Of a stretch of DNA of 64,000 nt, positions 18,707-29,788 are shown piece by piece (position 1 is the first letter of the stretch; each line of letters begins with the position of its first letter). The notes under the pieces are model-generated. The model was not told the DNA's origin and made no database searches. It saw nothing but the letters and a program-made list of their open reading frames with translations. This DNA comes from an uncultured Cytophagales bacterium (GTDB lineage Bacteria; Bacteroidota; Bacteroidia; Cytophagales; Spirosomataceae). The position numbers were made by a program, and so were the translations under genes. Location: NCBI GenBank assembly GCA_963768025.1, contig CAVYGM010000042.1:142589-206588 (forward strand), in the 5' to 3' direction.

Positions 18707-21700
18707 ATGCTATTCGATTCAATCATCCGATTTAGTATTCGGAACAAACTCATCATTGGTCTGCTGGTGCTGGGCCTGATCGGCTGGGGTACCTATGCCC
18801 TATCGAAGCTACCCATCGACGCCGTCCCGGATATTACCACTAACCAGGTGGTGGTGCTCACCCAGTCGCCCGCGCTGGCAGCGCAGGAAATGGAGCAGTA
18901 CATCACCACGCCCGTTGAACTCAGCCTGGCCAATGTGCAGGGCGTTACCGAAATCCGCTCGGTATCGCGTCTGGGGCTTTCCGTAATCACGGTCGTTTTC
19001 GACGATGACATGGACATTCTGCGGGCCCGGCAGTTGGTGAGCGAACAGATCAATCAGGCTACACAAGACATCCCCGCCGAGTTTGGGGTACCTTACCTGG
19101 CTCCCATCACCACCGGCCTGGGCGAAATATACCAATACACCCTGGTGCCGCAGGCGGGCTACGAAACCCGTTACGACCTGACCGAGCTGCGGACGATGCA
19201 GGATTGGATCGTGAAGCGGCAACTGGCGGGCATTCCGGGAGTGGTAGAAATCAGTAGTTTTGGGGGTAAGGTAAAACAATACGAAGTAAGCATCAACCCC
19301 GAGCGCCTGCGGGCCGCGGGCGTGACCATCGCGCGAGGTGTTTGATGCGGTGCAACACAACAATGGCAATACGGGAGGAAGCTATCTCGAAAAAAGCAGT
19401 CAGGCGTACTTTATCCGGGGTGAGGGTACGGTAAAATCTCTGGACGATATCAGAAACATAGTCGTCAAAACCACGGGCGGTGTGCCTTTGCTGATTCGAA
19501 ATCTAGCCGAAGTAAATTTTGGCTCGGCCGTGCGCTACGGTGCCATGACCCGCGACGGGCAAGGAGAAGCCGTGGGGGCCGTGGTGCTGATGCTCAAAGG
19601 AGCCGACGCCGAGCGGACCATCAAACTAGTAAAAGAACGCGTGGCCCGGATTCAGAAAAGCCTGCCCGAAGGGGTTCGGATTGAGCCCTTCATTGACCGC
19701 ACCAAACTCATTGACCGGGCCATCAGGACGGTTCGAAATAATTTGCTGGAAGGAGGCTTGATTGTGGTATTTGTACTAGTGCTGCTGTTGGGTAACTGGC
19801 GCGCGGGATTGATTGTAGCCTCGGTGATTCCGCTGGCCATGTTATTCACCTTCGGCCTGATGAACGCCTTTGGGGTGTCAGCCAACCTTATGAGCCTGGG
19901 GGCTATTGACTTCGGACTAGTGGTGGATGGCTCGGTGATAGTGGTAGAGGGGGTACTTCATTTTCTGCACGATCACTGGAAAACTGGCGATCGCCTCACA
20001 CAGGAACAAATGGATGATACCGTACAAACCCAGGCTTCGCGGATATTAAAATCCGCGGTATTTGGTCAAATTATTATCCTGATCGTGTACGTTCCCATTC
20101 TGTCTTTGTCGGGGATTGAGGGCAAAATGTTTCAGCCTATGGCCCTGGCCGTGAGCTTTGCCATCCTGGGTGCCCTCATTTTGTCCCTGACGTACGTACC
20201 CGCCGCCTCGGCTTTATTTTTGAAAAAAAAGATACGGAATGAAGAAAATTTTTCGGATCGCCTGATGAATACCATGTACGCATTTTACGAGCCCATTGTG
20301 CGCCGGGCGCTGGCAACCAAGGGCCTTGTGGTAGCCGCCGCCCTGGGACTTCTTCTGGTGAGTGGCTGGCTTTTCAGTACGTTGGGCGGAGAATTCATCC
20401 CTCAGCTCGACGAAGGCGACATTGCCATTGACTTCCGGATGCCTACCGGTACTTCCCTCACCGAAACCATTGAGGCCTCCTTACGGGCCGAAAGAGTCTT
20501 GTTGAAACATTTCCCGGAAGCCCAGCACATAGTAGGACGGATCGGCTCTTCCGAAATTCCTACCGACCCGATGCCCGTGGAAATGACCGATCAGATGATC
20601 AACCTGAAACCCCGCAGCGAATGGACTTCTGCCGAAACCAGGGAAGAGCTCTCCGAAAAAATGAACGAGGTACTTCAGCGTGAGGTACCCGGCACGATGG
20701 CCGAATTTACGCAGCCGATTCAGATGCGCTTCAACGAGATGATCACCGGTGCCCGCTCCGACGTGGTGGTGAAGATTTACGGCGATGATCTCAACCTGCT
20801 GTTTCAGCGCGCCAATGAGTGCGCCGCCCTGATCACCCCCATCGAGGGCGTGGCCAGTTGCCGCGTGGAACCCATCGTAGGGCTGCCGCAGATCAAGGCC
20901 ACTTACTTTCGCGAGCGACTGGCGCAGTATGGCCTCGACGTGGCCGACGTAAACCAGCTGATCCGCACTTCATTTGCCGGTGAAACCGCCGGGGTAGTTT
21001 TTGAAGGGGAACGGCGCTTCGACCTCGTGGTCAGGTTGGATAGCGCCCACCGCACCGATCTGACCGACCTGCGTAACCTGTACATTCCGTTGCCAAACGG
21101 TGGCGCAGTACCGCTGGGCGAACTGGCCGATGTCCGCTACGAAGAAGCCCCCGCCCAGATCTCCCGCGACAATACCAAGCGCCGCATCACTATCGGCATC
21201 AATGTCCTGAACCGCGACGTGGAGAGTGTCGTCAACGATATTCAGGCTCGAATTGAAAAAGGTGTAGTGCTGCCCGAAGGCTACTATTACAGTTACGGAG
21301 GGGCTTTTGAGAACTTACAGCAAGCCCGTGACCGATTGCTGATCGCCGTGCCCCTGGCCCTGCTCCTGATCTTTGCGCTTTTGTACTTTACCTTTGGCTC
21401 CCTCACCGAAGCCCTGCTGATTTTTACCGCGGTACCCCTGTCAGCCGTTGGGGGTATCTGGGCCCTCTGGGTGCGCGACATGCCCTTCAGTATCTCGGCG
21501 GGGGTTGGTTTTATTGCGTTGTTCGGGGTAGCCGTGCTGAACGGCATCGTCCTCATCAGCTACTTCGACCAATTGGAAAAAGAAGGAAAAGGAACGCTTT
21601 TCGAGCGCATTATTTTGGGCTTGCGGGCACGCTTTCGCCCGGTAATCATGACGGCCTCCGTGGCTTCCCTGGGCTTCCTGCCCATGGCGTTATCGCGCTC

Positions 21701-23046
21701 GGCCGGGGCCGAAGTGCAGCGGCCACTGGCCACGGTCGTGATCGGAGGGCTCATCACGGCTACGCTTCTGACGCTGGTCGTTCTGCCAGTTTTGTATAGC
21801 CTCGTCAAAGGCTATCAGCATGGCCGGAAAGACCGTGGTAAGGGCGGCCTGGCGACGACAATGCTGGTGCTTGGCTTTATGCTATTCGTGCCGAACGTGC
21901 GGGCACAACGCACCGTTTCGCTAAACGAAGCCATTCAGGAAGCAACCTCCCAAAACCTGCTCATGAAGTCGGGACAGTTAGGGATTCAGGAACAGCAAGC
22001 CTTATTGCCTACGTCCTTTGATCCCGCAAAAACGGCCGTGGACGTGCAGTATGGACAAACTCAGGCCCGCCCGATTGACTACACTATTACGGGTATTCAG
22101 TCGTTCTCGGCTCCTTCGGTATACCGCACTCAGAAAGAGCTCCTCGAAGGGAACGTGCAGGGTGCCCGCTACCAGCTGGTGATAGACCGCCTGCGGGTAG
22201 CTAACGAAGTAAAGCGTACGTACTACCGGCTACTTTATGATCAAAAAATAGTGGAGGTTCTGCGCCAGCAGAGCGAACTCTACCAACGCTCGGCGAGGGC
22301 GGCGGAGGTTCGCTTTCAAACCGGTGAAACCAACCGGCTAGAAGACTGTAACGGCCCAAAGCCGCTACCAGCACCTAAGCCAACGCATCCGAAGCGCTCG
22401 CCGCGACCAGCAAATGCACTACGCCGCGCTGAAGCTATTGTTACAAACCTCAGACAGCTTGCTCGTTGACACTCTGGTGGCGTTAAAACGTCCTTTAGGC
22501 TCAGGAGGAGCCGCCGTGGAACAGGCCGGAAACAACCCTCTTCTGCGGGTGTTGCAACAGCAGGTAGCTAACAGCCGTACCCAAACCAAACTCGAACAAC
22601 GCAGCAAGCTGCCCGATTGGCGGGTGGGTGTGCTCAATCAGTCCATTGAGCACCGGTATGGATTTAGCGCCCTGCACGTCGGGATGTCCTTCCAGTTGTT
22701 TACCAAGGCGCAAAATGCCCGGGTAGAAGCCTCCCGGATTCAGGAACAAGTACGGGAAACGCAGCTCAACTACACCTCGCGGCAGTTGGCCACGGAGTTG
22801 GAAGTGGCCCAGGCCCAGCAGCGTAACCTCGCGGCTACGCTGGATTATTACGAGGCCTACGCGCTGCCACAGGCGGAACTGATTCAGCAAACCGCCCTAC
22901 GTGCTTATGAGAGCGGAGAAGTAGGCTACGTAGAGTTTTTTGCAGCCATTCAGCAAGCCTACCTGCTCCGCGAAGAGTATTTTGCGCAGGTACTTGACTA
23001 CGACCTTAACCTCATCCGGACAGAAGAATTAACCGGAATTGAATAA
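18707..23046 (+). pseudogene. czcA: CusA/CzcA-family heavy-metal RND transporter continuous with a TolC/CzcC-like outer-membrane factor domain (about 1446 codons), with frameshifts near 19334 and 22442
   Basis: Three ORFs (18707-19345, 19338-22469, 22414-23046) together give the full CzcA (…NNGNTGGSYLEK…) running without a stop into a TolC-like region (…RAQRTVSLNEAIQEATSQNLL… through …NLIRTEELTGIE). The joins are …GVTIA|EVFDAVQ… (extra c in gcgcg at about 19334) and …TNRLE|KTVTAQSRYQHLSQR… (one a missing from an A-run at about 22442). Confidence 0.75.
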
Positions 23047-23098
23047 GAAGCTGCCGCTGGTACTTTGAAAAAATATCTTTTACTACACGAAAGCAATC

Positions 23099-24265
23099 AT
23101 GCTAATTTCCCCTAATATAAAGTCATCGCTAGCCGGCCTGTTGGTAACAGTCGTGCTTTTTTCCTGTCAGTCGGAGCAGGCGACTACGGTCGAGACGCCC
23201 CCCGATAGTAGCTCTATAAATGAAATTACCCTCACGGATGCCCAGTACAAGGCAATCGGCGTACAGCTCGGTGGGGTGGAAAACGAAACCGTAAGCAGCG
23301 AGGTAAAAGCCAACGGACGGGTGGATCTGCCGCCGGAGAACCGGGCAACGGTAAGCCTTCCCATTGGGGGCAAAATCCGGTATGTAAAGGCTTTGCCCGG
23401 CCAGCGGGTACGGCGGGGCGAGCTACTGGCTACGCTGGAAAGCTTCGAGTTCATACAGCTGCAACAAGATTATTTACAAAATAGTAGTCAACTGGTTTTT
23501 TTGGATAAAGAATTAGAAAGACAAAAGACCCTGAGTACCGAAAATGTAGGGGCGCGCAAAAACTACGAGCAGGCGCAAGCCAACCACGCAGCCACCAAGG
23601 CGCTGGTGGCCTCACTGGAAGCTAAGCTTAAGATGCTGGGGCTCTCAACCGAATCTTTGGTGAAGAACGGCATCAGACCCGCGGCACGGATTGTGGCTCC
23701 GGTCAATGGCTACATCACCATTGCCAACATTAATTTGGGAAAAGAAGTGGCCCCCGGCGAAGTATTGCTGGAAGTGATTGACAAAAACCACATGCATGTA
23801 GAACTTACGGTTTTTGAGCAGGATGCCCCCTTTATCAAAGAAGGACAACGCGTGAAAATTACTCAGAACGGTATTCCCATGGAAGCCTCGGTGTACCTGG
23901 TGGGCCGGATGCTAGAGGGCGACACCCGCACCCTGAATGTCCACGCGCACGTGGGTGACGAGAAACAGGAAGCCCAACTCATTCCGGGTGCCTATGTGAC
24001 CGCCTACATCCGCACCGGCAACCGTACCGCCCTGACCGTGCCCGATGGGGCGCTGGTTCGAAAAGGAGCGAACGGTTTTGTATATGTGCAGCAGGCCAAC
24101 CGGACATTCCGCCGGATACCCGTCGAGATAGGTGGTGTTTCGGACAATGGCAATACGGAAGTGATTACGTCGGTACAGCTAATGGGACAAGAACTCGTAA
24201 CAAGGGGTGCCTACCTGATTGACGCCGAGCTGGCCAAGCGCAGCGAGCCGGCGGAGGAAGAGTAA
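23099..24265 (+). CDS. Efflux RND periplasmic adaptor (membrane-fusion protein, CzcB/HlyD family)
   Basis: N-terminal lipoprotein-like signal, coiled-coil and beta-barrel MFP regions, and position directly after czcA. Confidence 0.8.
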   Translation: MLISPNIKSSLAGLLVTVVLFSCQSEQATTVETPPDSSSINEITLTDAQYKAIGVQLGGVENETVSSEVKANGRVDLPPENRATVSLPIGGKIRYVKALPGQRVRRGELLATLESFEFIQLQQDYLQNSSQLVFLDKELERQKTLSTENVGARKNYEQAQANHAATKALVASLEAKLKMLGLSTESLVKNGIRPAARIVAPVNGYITIANINLGKEVAPGEVLLEVIDKNHMHVELTVFEQDAPFIKEGQRVKITQNGIPMEASVYLVGRMLEGDTRTLNVHAHVGDEKQEAQLIPGAYVTAYIRTGNRTALTVPDGALVRKGANGFVYVQQANRTFRRIPVEIGGVSDNGNTEVITSVQLMGQELVTRGAYLIDAELAKRSEPAEEE

Positions 24266-24451
24266 ACGTCAGTACCTTGCCTGAGAGTGGAAGTGGGGAA
24301 TGGTAGAAGGAATTATCACCCTCTCCCGGCCACGGATTGTCCATTACGAAAAAGCATCTTTTGATCAGAAAATGTGGAAGTATGGCAGGGTAGCCGTACT
24401 TTTGAAAAGGAACTCAGGCAATTAAAAGACAATGGCTGGGTAACAAGAATT

Positions 24452-25015
24452 ATGTCAAAAACCACTACTTCGCAACGTATAGCCCAAAATACCCGACTCT
24501 ACCGGAAGCTTCATAAATGGGCCGCTGTTCCTCTTTTTGTCTTCATGTTTCTCATCGGGGCCACGGGACTGCTTTTGGGATGGAAAAAGCAGGTCGGACT
24601 ACTACCCAAAACCGCCAAGGGTACCACCGAAAACAGCGTCCGGTGGATTAGCCTGGACAGCCTACAGCGGGTAGCCGCGCACTACGCCCGCCAGCACCAG
24701 CTATCCACCGAAATCGATCGAATCGACATTCGGCCGCAGAAGGGCATCGCTAAAATTGTATTTGCCCGGCATTTTACTGAGCTTCAGCTCGACTGCACCA
24801 CCGCAGAAATTTTGAGTGTGAGCACCCGGCGGTCGGATTTTATCGAAAAAATCCACGACGGATCCATCCTCGACTACTGGATCGGCGCGGACGGTGAGCA
24901 CGTAAAACTCACCTATACCACGGCGGCCAGCCTGGGGCTTCTGCTGCTCTCGTTCAGTGGTTTCTGGCTATGGTACAACCCCATCCGCCTCCGGAGACAG
25001 AAAAGCAGGTCATAA
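24452..25015 (+). CDS. PepSY-associated transmembrane protein
   Basis: …YRKLHKWAAVPLFVFMFLIGATGLLLGW… N-terminal TM segment and a C-terminal TM segment, the PepSY_TM pattern. Confidence 0.55.
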   Translation: MSKTTTSQRIAQNTRLYRKLHKWAAVPLFVFMFLIGATGLLLGWKKQVGLLPKTAKGTTENSVRWISLDSLQRVAAHYARQHQLSTEIDRIDIRPQKGIAKIVFARHFTELQLDCTTAEILSVSTRRSDFIEKIHDGSILDYWIGADGEHVKLTYTTAASLGLLLLSFSGFWLWYNPIRLRRQKSRS

Positions 25016-25024
25016 GCCTGACTG

Positions 25025-25417
25025 ATGACAATCCATCGAAACAGAATCCACTACTCATTCCTGATCCTGGGTACGATCGGGCTAGGCCTTGCCTCCCGGT
25101 TTGGGTTTGTTCCTCCCCTGATCTACCCCTATCTGGGTGACCTCCTGTACGCCCTGATGATCTACTTCATGATTGGATTTGTATGGCGGAAGGCACCCTC
25201 GTACAAAGTGGCCGTACTGTGCCTAGTGGTGTGTTATTCCATCGAACTAAGCCAATTCTACCAGGAAGACTGGATCAATACAATCAGGAACACTACGCTG
25301 GGTGGACTGGTATTGGGATTTGGATTTCTTTGGAGTGACATGGTCTGTTATTTCATAGGAGCCATGGTGGGGGTTGGGCTGGAATATAGAGGACAAAAAA
25401 CTCAGATCGGCTCGTAG
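25025..25417 (+). CDS. DUF2809-family small membrane protein
   Basis: …LGTIGLGLASRFG…YPYLGDLLYALMIYFMIGF…, four predicted TM helices. Confidence 0.6.
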   Translation: MTIHRNRIHYSFLILGTIGLGLASRFGFVPPLIYPYLGDLLYALMIYFMIGFVWRKAPSYKVAVLCLVVCYSIELSQFYQEDWINTIRNTTLGGLVLGFGFLWSDMVCYFIGAMVGVGLEYRGQKTQIGS

Positions 25418-25738
25418 CACGATGCCCCTCAACTTTACCGGAAGCTCCGTCCACGGGTCGCTTGCCAAGGCTGCTTCTTTGCCAAAAATCTAATCCCAAA
25501 TGCAATCCCGGCTCGAATAAGGACTATGTAGGCTACCGGCTTTCTACCTGCGCGAACGCTGCTGGAACGTTGGCATTTATGGGCCAATGCGTAACGGCCA
25601 CCGAAGGTAGGGGACTTTTCGCAGTGCTACATATCGTCGAAAACGAGGACCACATGTGTGGTGGATGCCAAGGAGGTGAGGCACGCGTTTAGAAAGTGAA
25701 CCCCTTAACCTTCACCTATATACGTACCTAGTGATTGC

Positions 25739-26113
25739 CTACCTTCTAAATTCGCTCAATAGCCTCGATTTGAGAACATGCAATTTGACCATGAAGATAT
25801 CAATGTCTTCCTTGGTGAAATTATTGATTTTTGCACGGATAGGGTTTCTCATTTCTTCTGCGTTGAACAACATTGAATAGTCCTGATAACCAATCGAATT
25901 GCGAATTTCTAACCAACTATCTACCAGCTCTGAGGCAAAGTCTTTGGGATTGAGAATATAAAAATAAGCTACCTGGTTGATCAGGGTACTTTCAAAATTG
26001 TCCCTATCTCCCTCCAAGATTTCTATGAGCTTCATCAACTCACCAAGGACATAGATGTTAGAGCGGGATTTGAAATGTAATACCCTAGGAATTGAATTAG
26101 GATTAAGTTCCAT
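25739..26113 (-). CDS. Hypothetical protein (124 aa) in the AT-rich islet
   Basis: Intact ORF in a low-GC context with an AT-rich upstream region. No recognisable domain. Confidence 0.35.
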   Translation of the reverse strand: MELNPNSIPRVLHFKSRSNIYVLGELMKLIEILEGDRDNFESTLINQVAYFYILNPKDFASELVDSWLEIRNSIGYQDYSMLFNAEEMRNPIRAKINNFTKEDIDIFMVKLHVLKSRLLSEFRR

Positions 26114-26410
26114 TCTTTTAGAGAGGTTTAAGGTTACAAAATATGCTATGTTACGGTATTACAAACTTTACTAAATTCTTCGAAATCTCAAAGGGAATAG
26201 CTTGGATTATTTATAATTGATCAATTATAATTAGTATAAGCAGTTACTCAAATAAGTATACTCAGATTTAATGTTCACTAATTCAGAAAACGTACCTATG
26301 AGAATAGTGACATACAGGAAATCAAGATGATGACCCTACATACCATGCCCATTTACAAAGGCATAGAAATGAGGAAAGTAGGAGACGTCGCCTGGAGGGC
26401 TTTCCGATAA

Positions 26411-26737
26411 TGGTCGCTCGACGGGAGCCGAGCGAGGATCCTCTACTTTTTCCTGATCATCGGCACCATCGGCCTGGGCCTTGCTTCCCGGTCCGGTAGT
26501 ACCCCTCCCCTCACCTACCCCTATCTGGGTGATGTACTTTATGCCCTGATGATCTATTCTATGATTGGATTTTTGTGGCCGAAAGCCTACTCCTTCCAGG
26601 TGGCGGCCCTGTACGTACTGGTGTGCTATTCCATCGAACTAAGCCAACTATACCAGGCCGAATGGATCAATACCCTTCGGAGTACCCGGCTGGGCGGCCT
26701 CCAAGAGCCACTCATCCCACCACTATTAACCGACTAG
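26411..26737 (+). pseudogene. Truncated paralogue of the DUF2809 gene; it lacks a start codon and has a divergent, shortened C-terminus
   Basis: The frame is open from 26411. It encodes …ILYFFLIIGTIGLGLASRSGSTPPLTYPYLGDVLYALMIYSMIGFLWPKAYSFQVAALYVLVCYSIELSQLYQAEWINTLR…, about 70% identical to the product of 25025-25417. There is no ATG, GTG or TTG before the first internal Met at 26549. Confidence 0.55.
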
Positions 26738-27372
26738 AAAATTTATCTCCGGTAATTTAAAACAAGATCGTTCAATGCCATTTATAATTTAGGACGATAA
26801 AGTGCTTTAGTAACTCATATCTAATTTCCCGGTAAGTCAGGTATTAGGAAGCACAACCAGCCTATTTCTAGCAATTCCAAATCAAAACCAATCGTGTTCC
26901 GACAGTTCTACCGTTGACATCAGCTCGATAGGCGCCATCCTGACGTTTAGGCCCACTCCCGATTGGGGAAGCGTGGAGGGTACTTTTTGGTACGATGAGA
27001 ACAACAATGGAGTGGAGTGCGTGAAAGTGATGAACAGGGCGTGAAAGGAGCACAATTGTAGAAATCGGGAGCATCAACTACAAGGGATATTTTACCTCCG
27101 ATACGACCGATGAGAATGGCCGATATGGATTTTCGCGCCTTCCGTCGTCGCTACACCTCGACCTACGCATTGATGACTTCAGCATTTCTGACTCATTCCG
27201 AGTGTCTTCCTAACCAATACGACGCTGGGGGTTTGGAACAATACGCGATTTTCAACCGGCTTTAGCCGGAACCCGACCTGCTACTAATGGCCAGAAAATC
27301 TGCAAAAGTAATGCTGCTTCGCTCGGCGGTTCCGAGAATTTAGCCTTCATACAATACTACTTTATTTGATTT

Positions 27373-28290
27373 TTATTTTTCGAAATACTCATGAGTTGTG
27401 CCTTTGTTACTATGCTCCAATAACTGTTTTATGATAATCGATGCGCGGTTGCCGTTCTCGATTATCTTACCCAAATTAATTTTGAGCAGTTCGCCACACT
27501 CCTTTTTTTCTTCGTCGCTGGTTGACGAAAGTACCTCGTCGACTAGCTCTTCCGATACTATCGAAAAATTATTTACAAAATTAAGCGGGTTCTGAATTTC
27601 GTGAGCCAGCCGTGTGGCTACCATCCCAAAAGCGGCCATTTTTTCACTTTTGATTAATTGTTCTTGGGTCTCTTCCAGTTTTTTATAAGCTGCTTGTTCG
27701 GAAATTAGTAATTCTTGTGAATGATTCTTCTCCTTTTGTAGAGTTGTCACAAACCACAGAGAAGTAGCGAAAACAACAGAAGACGCCATGCCAATGTTCA
27801 TAATATGAAACAAGGTTCGGACAGAATCGGATACGGTTACCTTGTAGCCCAGAAGAACTGGTTCGTACACCGCAGATATCACAATGATTGCAATGAACAT
27901 CAGTAAAAATAAAATGGCCTGTCTCCTTGAAAGAAAGATAGTTGCGCCTATGGGTCCTAGGAAACTCCAAAAAGTCACGAAACCACTCTGGTTTAAACTT
28001 CCAATACTCCATTGAATGAAGGCCGTAATCCAAGTGATACAGATCAGAAAAGTATATAGAAGAATCCGGTAATTGTGTAAGAAATGAGAAATAGGAATAG
28101 CCATTCCTACAATGATCAGGAACAAAAAGGGAAGAAAAGTAATAAGTCCCCAGCCGAAAATAAAGTAATATACAACAGCCCAGGCCCCCCCGCAGGTGCA
28201 GAGGGTAGTGGCAATAATGAGAACCAACGATTTCCTAAAAGTTGTTTCTGCTGTATCGCCATACTCTTTTGCATAGTTGGCAATTTTCAT
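27373..28290 (-). CDS. Membrane-anchored histidine-kinase-like protein: six or more TM helices plus coiled-coil plus HisKA (H-box LAHEIQNPL), ending before the HATPase_c domain
   Basis: 305-aa ORF. The polytopic N-terminus, coiled-coil and HisKA are read from the translation. The protein stops at …NGNRASIIIKQLLEHSNKGTTHEYFEK with no N/G1/G2 boxes following. Confidence 0.55.
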   Translation of the reverse strand: MKIANYAKEYGDTAETTFRKSLVLIIATTLCTCGGAWAVVYYFIFGWGLITFLPFLFLIIVGMAIPISHFLHNYRILLYTFLICITWITAFIQWSIGSLNQSGFVTFWSFLGPIGATIFLSRRQAILFLLMFIAIIVISAVYEPVLLGYKVTVSDSVRTLFHIMNIGMASSVVFATSLWFVTTLQKEKNHSQELLISEQAAYKKLEETQEQLIKSEKMAAFGMVATRLAHEIQNPLNFVNNFSIVSEELVDEVLSSTSDEEKKECGELLKINLGKIIENGNRASIIIKQLLEHSNKGTTHEYFEK

Positions 28291-28584
28291 TTACTGGCTT
28301 TGTGAGTATTGGGACAATTTTAAGTGCTGGCTGATTCAAATGGCTTTCTTTGTTTAGTTGGATACGGCTTGGATGAGCATTCGAGCCATTTACACAGCAG
28401 AGAACATACCCAAATGTAAAGAAAACCAGTCAATTATGAAAACAGAATTGTCAATATCTGCCTTGCAGTTTTCGCAGGGGGAAGGAGTAACGCAAATTTC
28501 CCACCAAGCGAGATTTTGCTCAAACCATACGAGCTGCCGCTAACCTCAACACCTCAATTGTTACCCCAAAACCACCCCCTCACA

Positions 28585-29688
28585 CTATTCCAATCCAACC
28601 AACTGATAATTGGTACTCCTACCGCCGGAATCTTCCTTTTCCAAAACCCCTTGCTCCACCAGATTTTGAATGTCCCGCAGGGCCGTGTCCGGGGATACTT
28701 TGGTGAGTTTTGCCCACTTGGAAGTGGTGAGTTTGCCTTCAAAGCCGTCGAGTAGTTTGTTCAACATTAGCTTTTGCCGGTCGCTGATTTCCTTTTCGGC
28801 TAGCCAAGTCCAGTAACGAGCTTTGGTAAGAGTGGAATTGAGCGTCGTTTCGGAGGCGGATAGGGCGCGGTCGAGGCAGGATAGAAACCACCGCAACCAG
28901 TCCGTAACGTCCAAATCGCCCCTTTGCGTTTTTTCAAGGATACCGTAGTACTGCTTCCGTTCCAGCTGTATCTGCGCCGACATGCTATAAAAGCGCTGAA
29001 GACTGCGGTCAGAACGTGTCAACTGCAAGTCGGCAATAGCCCGCGCAATGCGACCATTGCCATCGTCAAAGGGATGGATCGTCACGAACCACAGATGCGC
29101 CAGGGCCGCTTTGACGACGGGATCGTAGTCGAGATTGCTATTGAACCAGTGGATAAAGGCCGCCATTTCAGCCGGAACCCTTTCGGAAGGTGGGGCCTCA
29201 AAATGAATTCTCTCCCGTCCCAAAGCCCCCGAGACCACCTGCATGGGCCCCTTCGTGTTGTCGCGCCACTCACCCACGGTAATGTTGAACATACCGCTGC
29301 GGCCGGTCGGAAACAGCGCCGCCTGCCAGCCAAAGAGTCGGTCGTCCGTAAGGGGCAGCTGATGCCTTTGGGTAGCATCCAGCAGCATCTCCACCACTCC
29401 GTCTACGTGTCGGTCGGCGGGAGCCAGGGCACCAATATCTATCCCCAGTTGTCGGGCAATGGAAGAGCGTACCTGATCGGCCGGGAGCATTTCACCCTCA
29501 ATCTCGCTCGATTTTAGAACATCCAGCGTGAGGATTTGTAAGGTAGCTTCTTCGCGCAAAGAAAAACCAAGGCTTTCCATGCGACCTACGAGCCTACCCT
29601 GCCGGTGGCGCACCTCTGCCAGCAGGGTAGAAATCGATTCGCTATCCCAGTTAAAATGGGGCCAGTCGGGTCTTTGATATACATACAT
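28585..29688 (-). CDS. Fic-family AMP-transferase with DUF4172-type N-terminus (class II, autoinhibited)
   Basis: Canonical Fic motif HPFDDGNGRIAR and an N-terminal inhibitory-helix motif SSEIEG ((S/T)xxxE(G/N)). Confidence 0.85.
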   Translation of the reverse strand: MYVYQRPDWPHFNWDSESISTLLAEVRHRQGRLVGRMESLGFSLREEATLQILTLDVLKSSEIEGEMLPADQVRSSIARQLGIDIGALAPADRHVDGVVEMLLDATQRHQLPLTDDRLFGWQAALFPTGRSGMFNITVGEWRDNTKGPMQVVSGALGRERIHFEAPPSERVPAEMAAFIHWFNSNLDYDPVVKAALAHLWFVTIHPFDDGNGRIARAIADLQLTRSDRSLQRFYSMSAQIQLERKQYYGILEKTQRGDLDVTDWLRWFLSCLDRALSASETTLNSTLTKARYWTWLAEKEISDRQKLMLNKLLDGFEGKLTTSKWAKLTKVSPDTALRDIQNLVEQGVLEKEDSGGRSTNYQLVGLE

Positions 29689-29689
29689 G

Positions 29690-29718
29690 ATATTCGCCGC
29701 ATACTATGCGGCGAATAT
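29690..29718. promoter_or_regulatory. Perfect palindrome ATATTCGCCGCATA-c-TATGCGGCGAATAT ending 1 nt before the fic start codon
   Basis: Read from the sequence: 14-bp arms with a 1-nt centre. On the fic mRNA it would form a hairpin covering the translation-initiation region. Alternatively it is an operator for a dimeric DNA-binding protein. Confidence 0.4.
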
Positions 29719-29788
29719 AGCCTTTATTCACCGCACTGGCAAGCAAGATATCCGCACTTCATGCGGTGAAAAGCCTCAACTCGGTACA

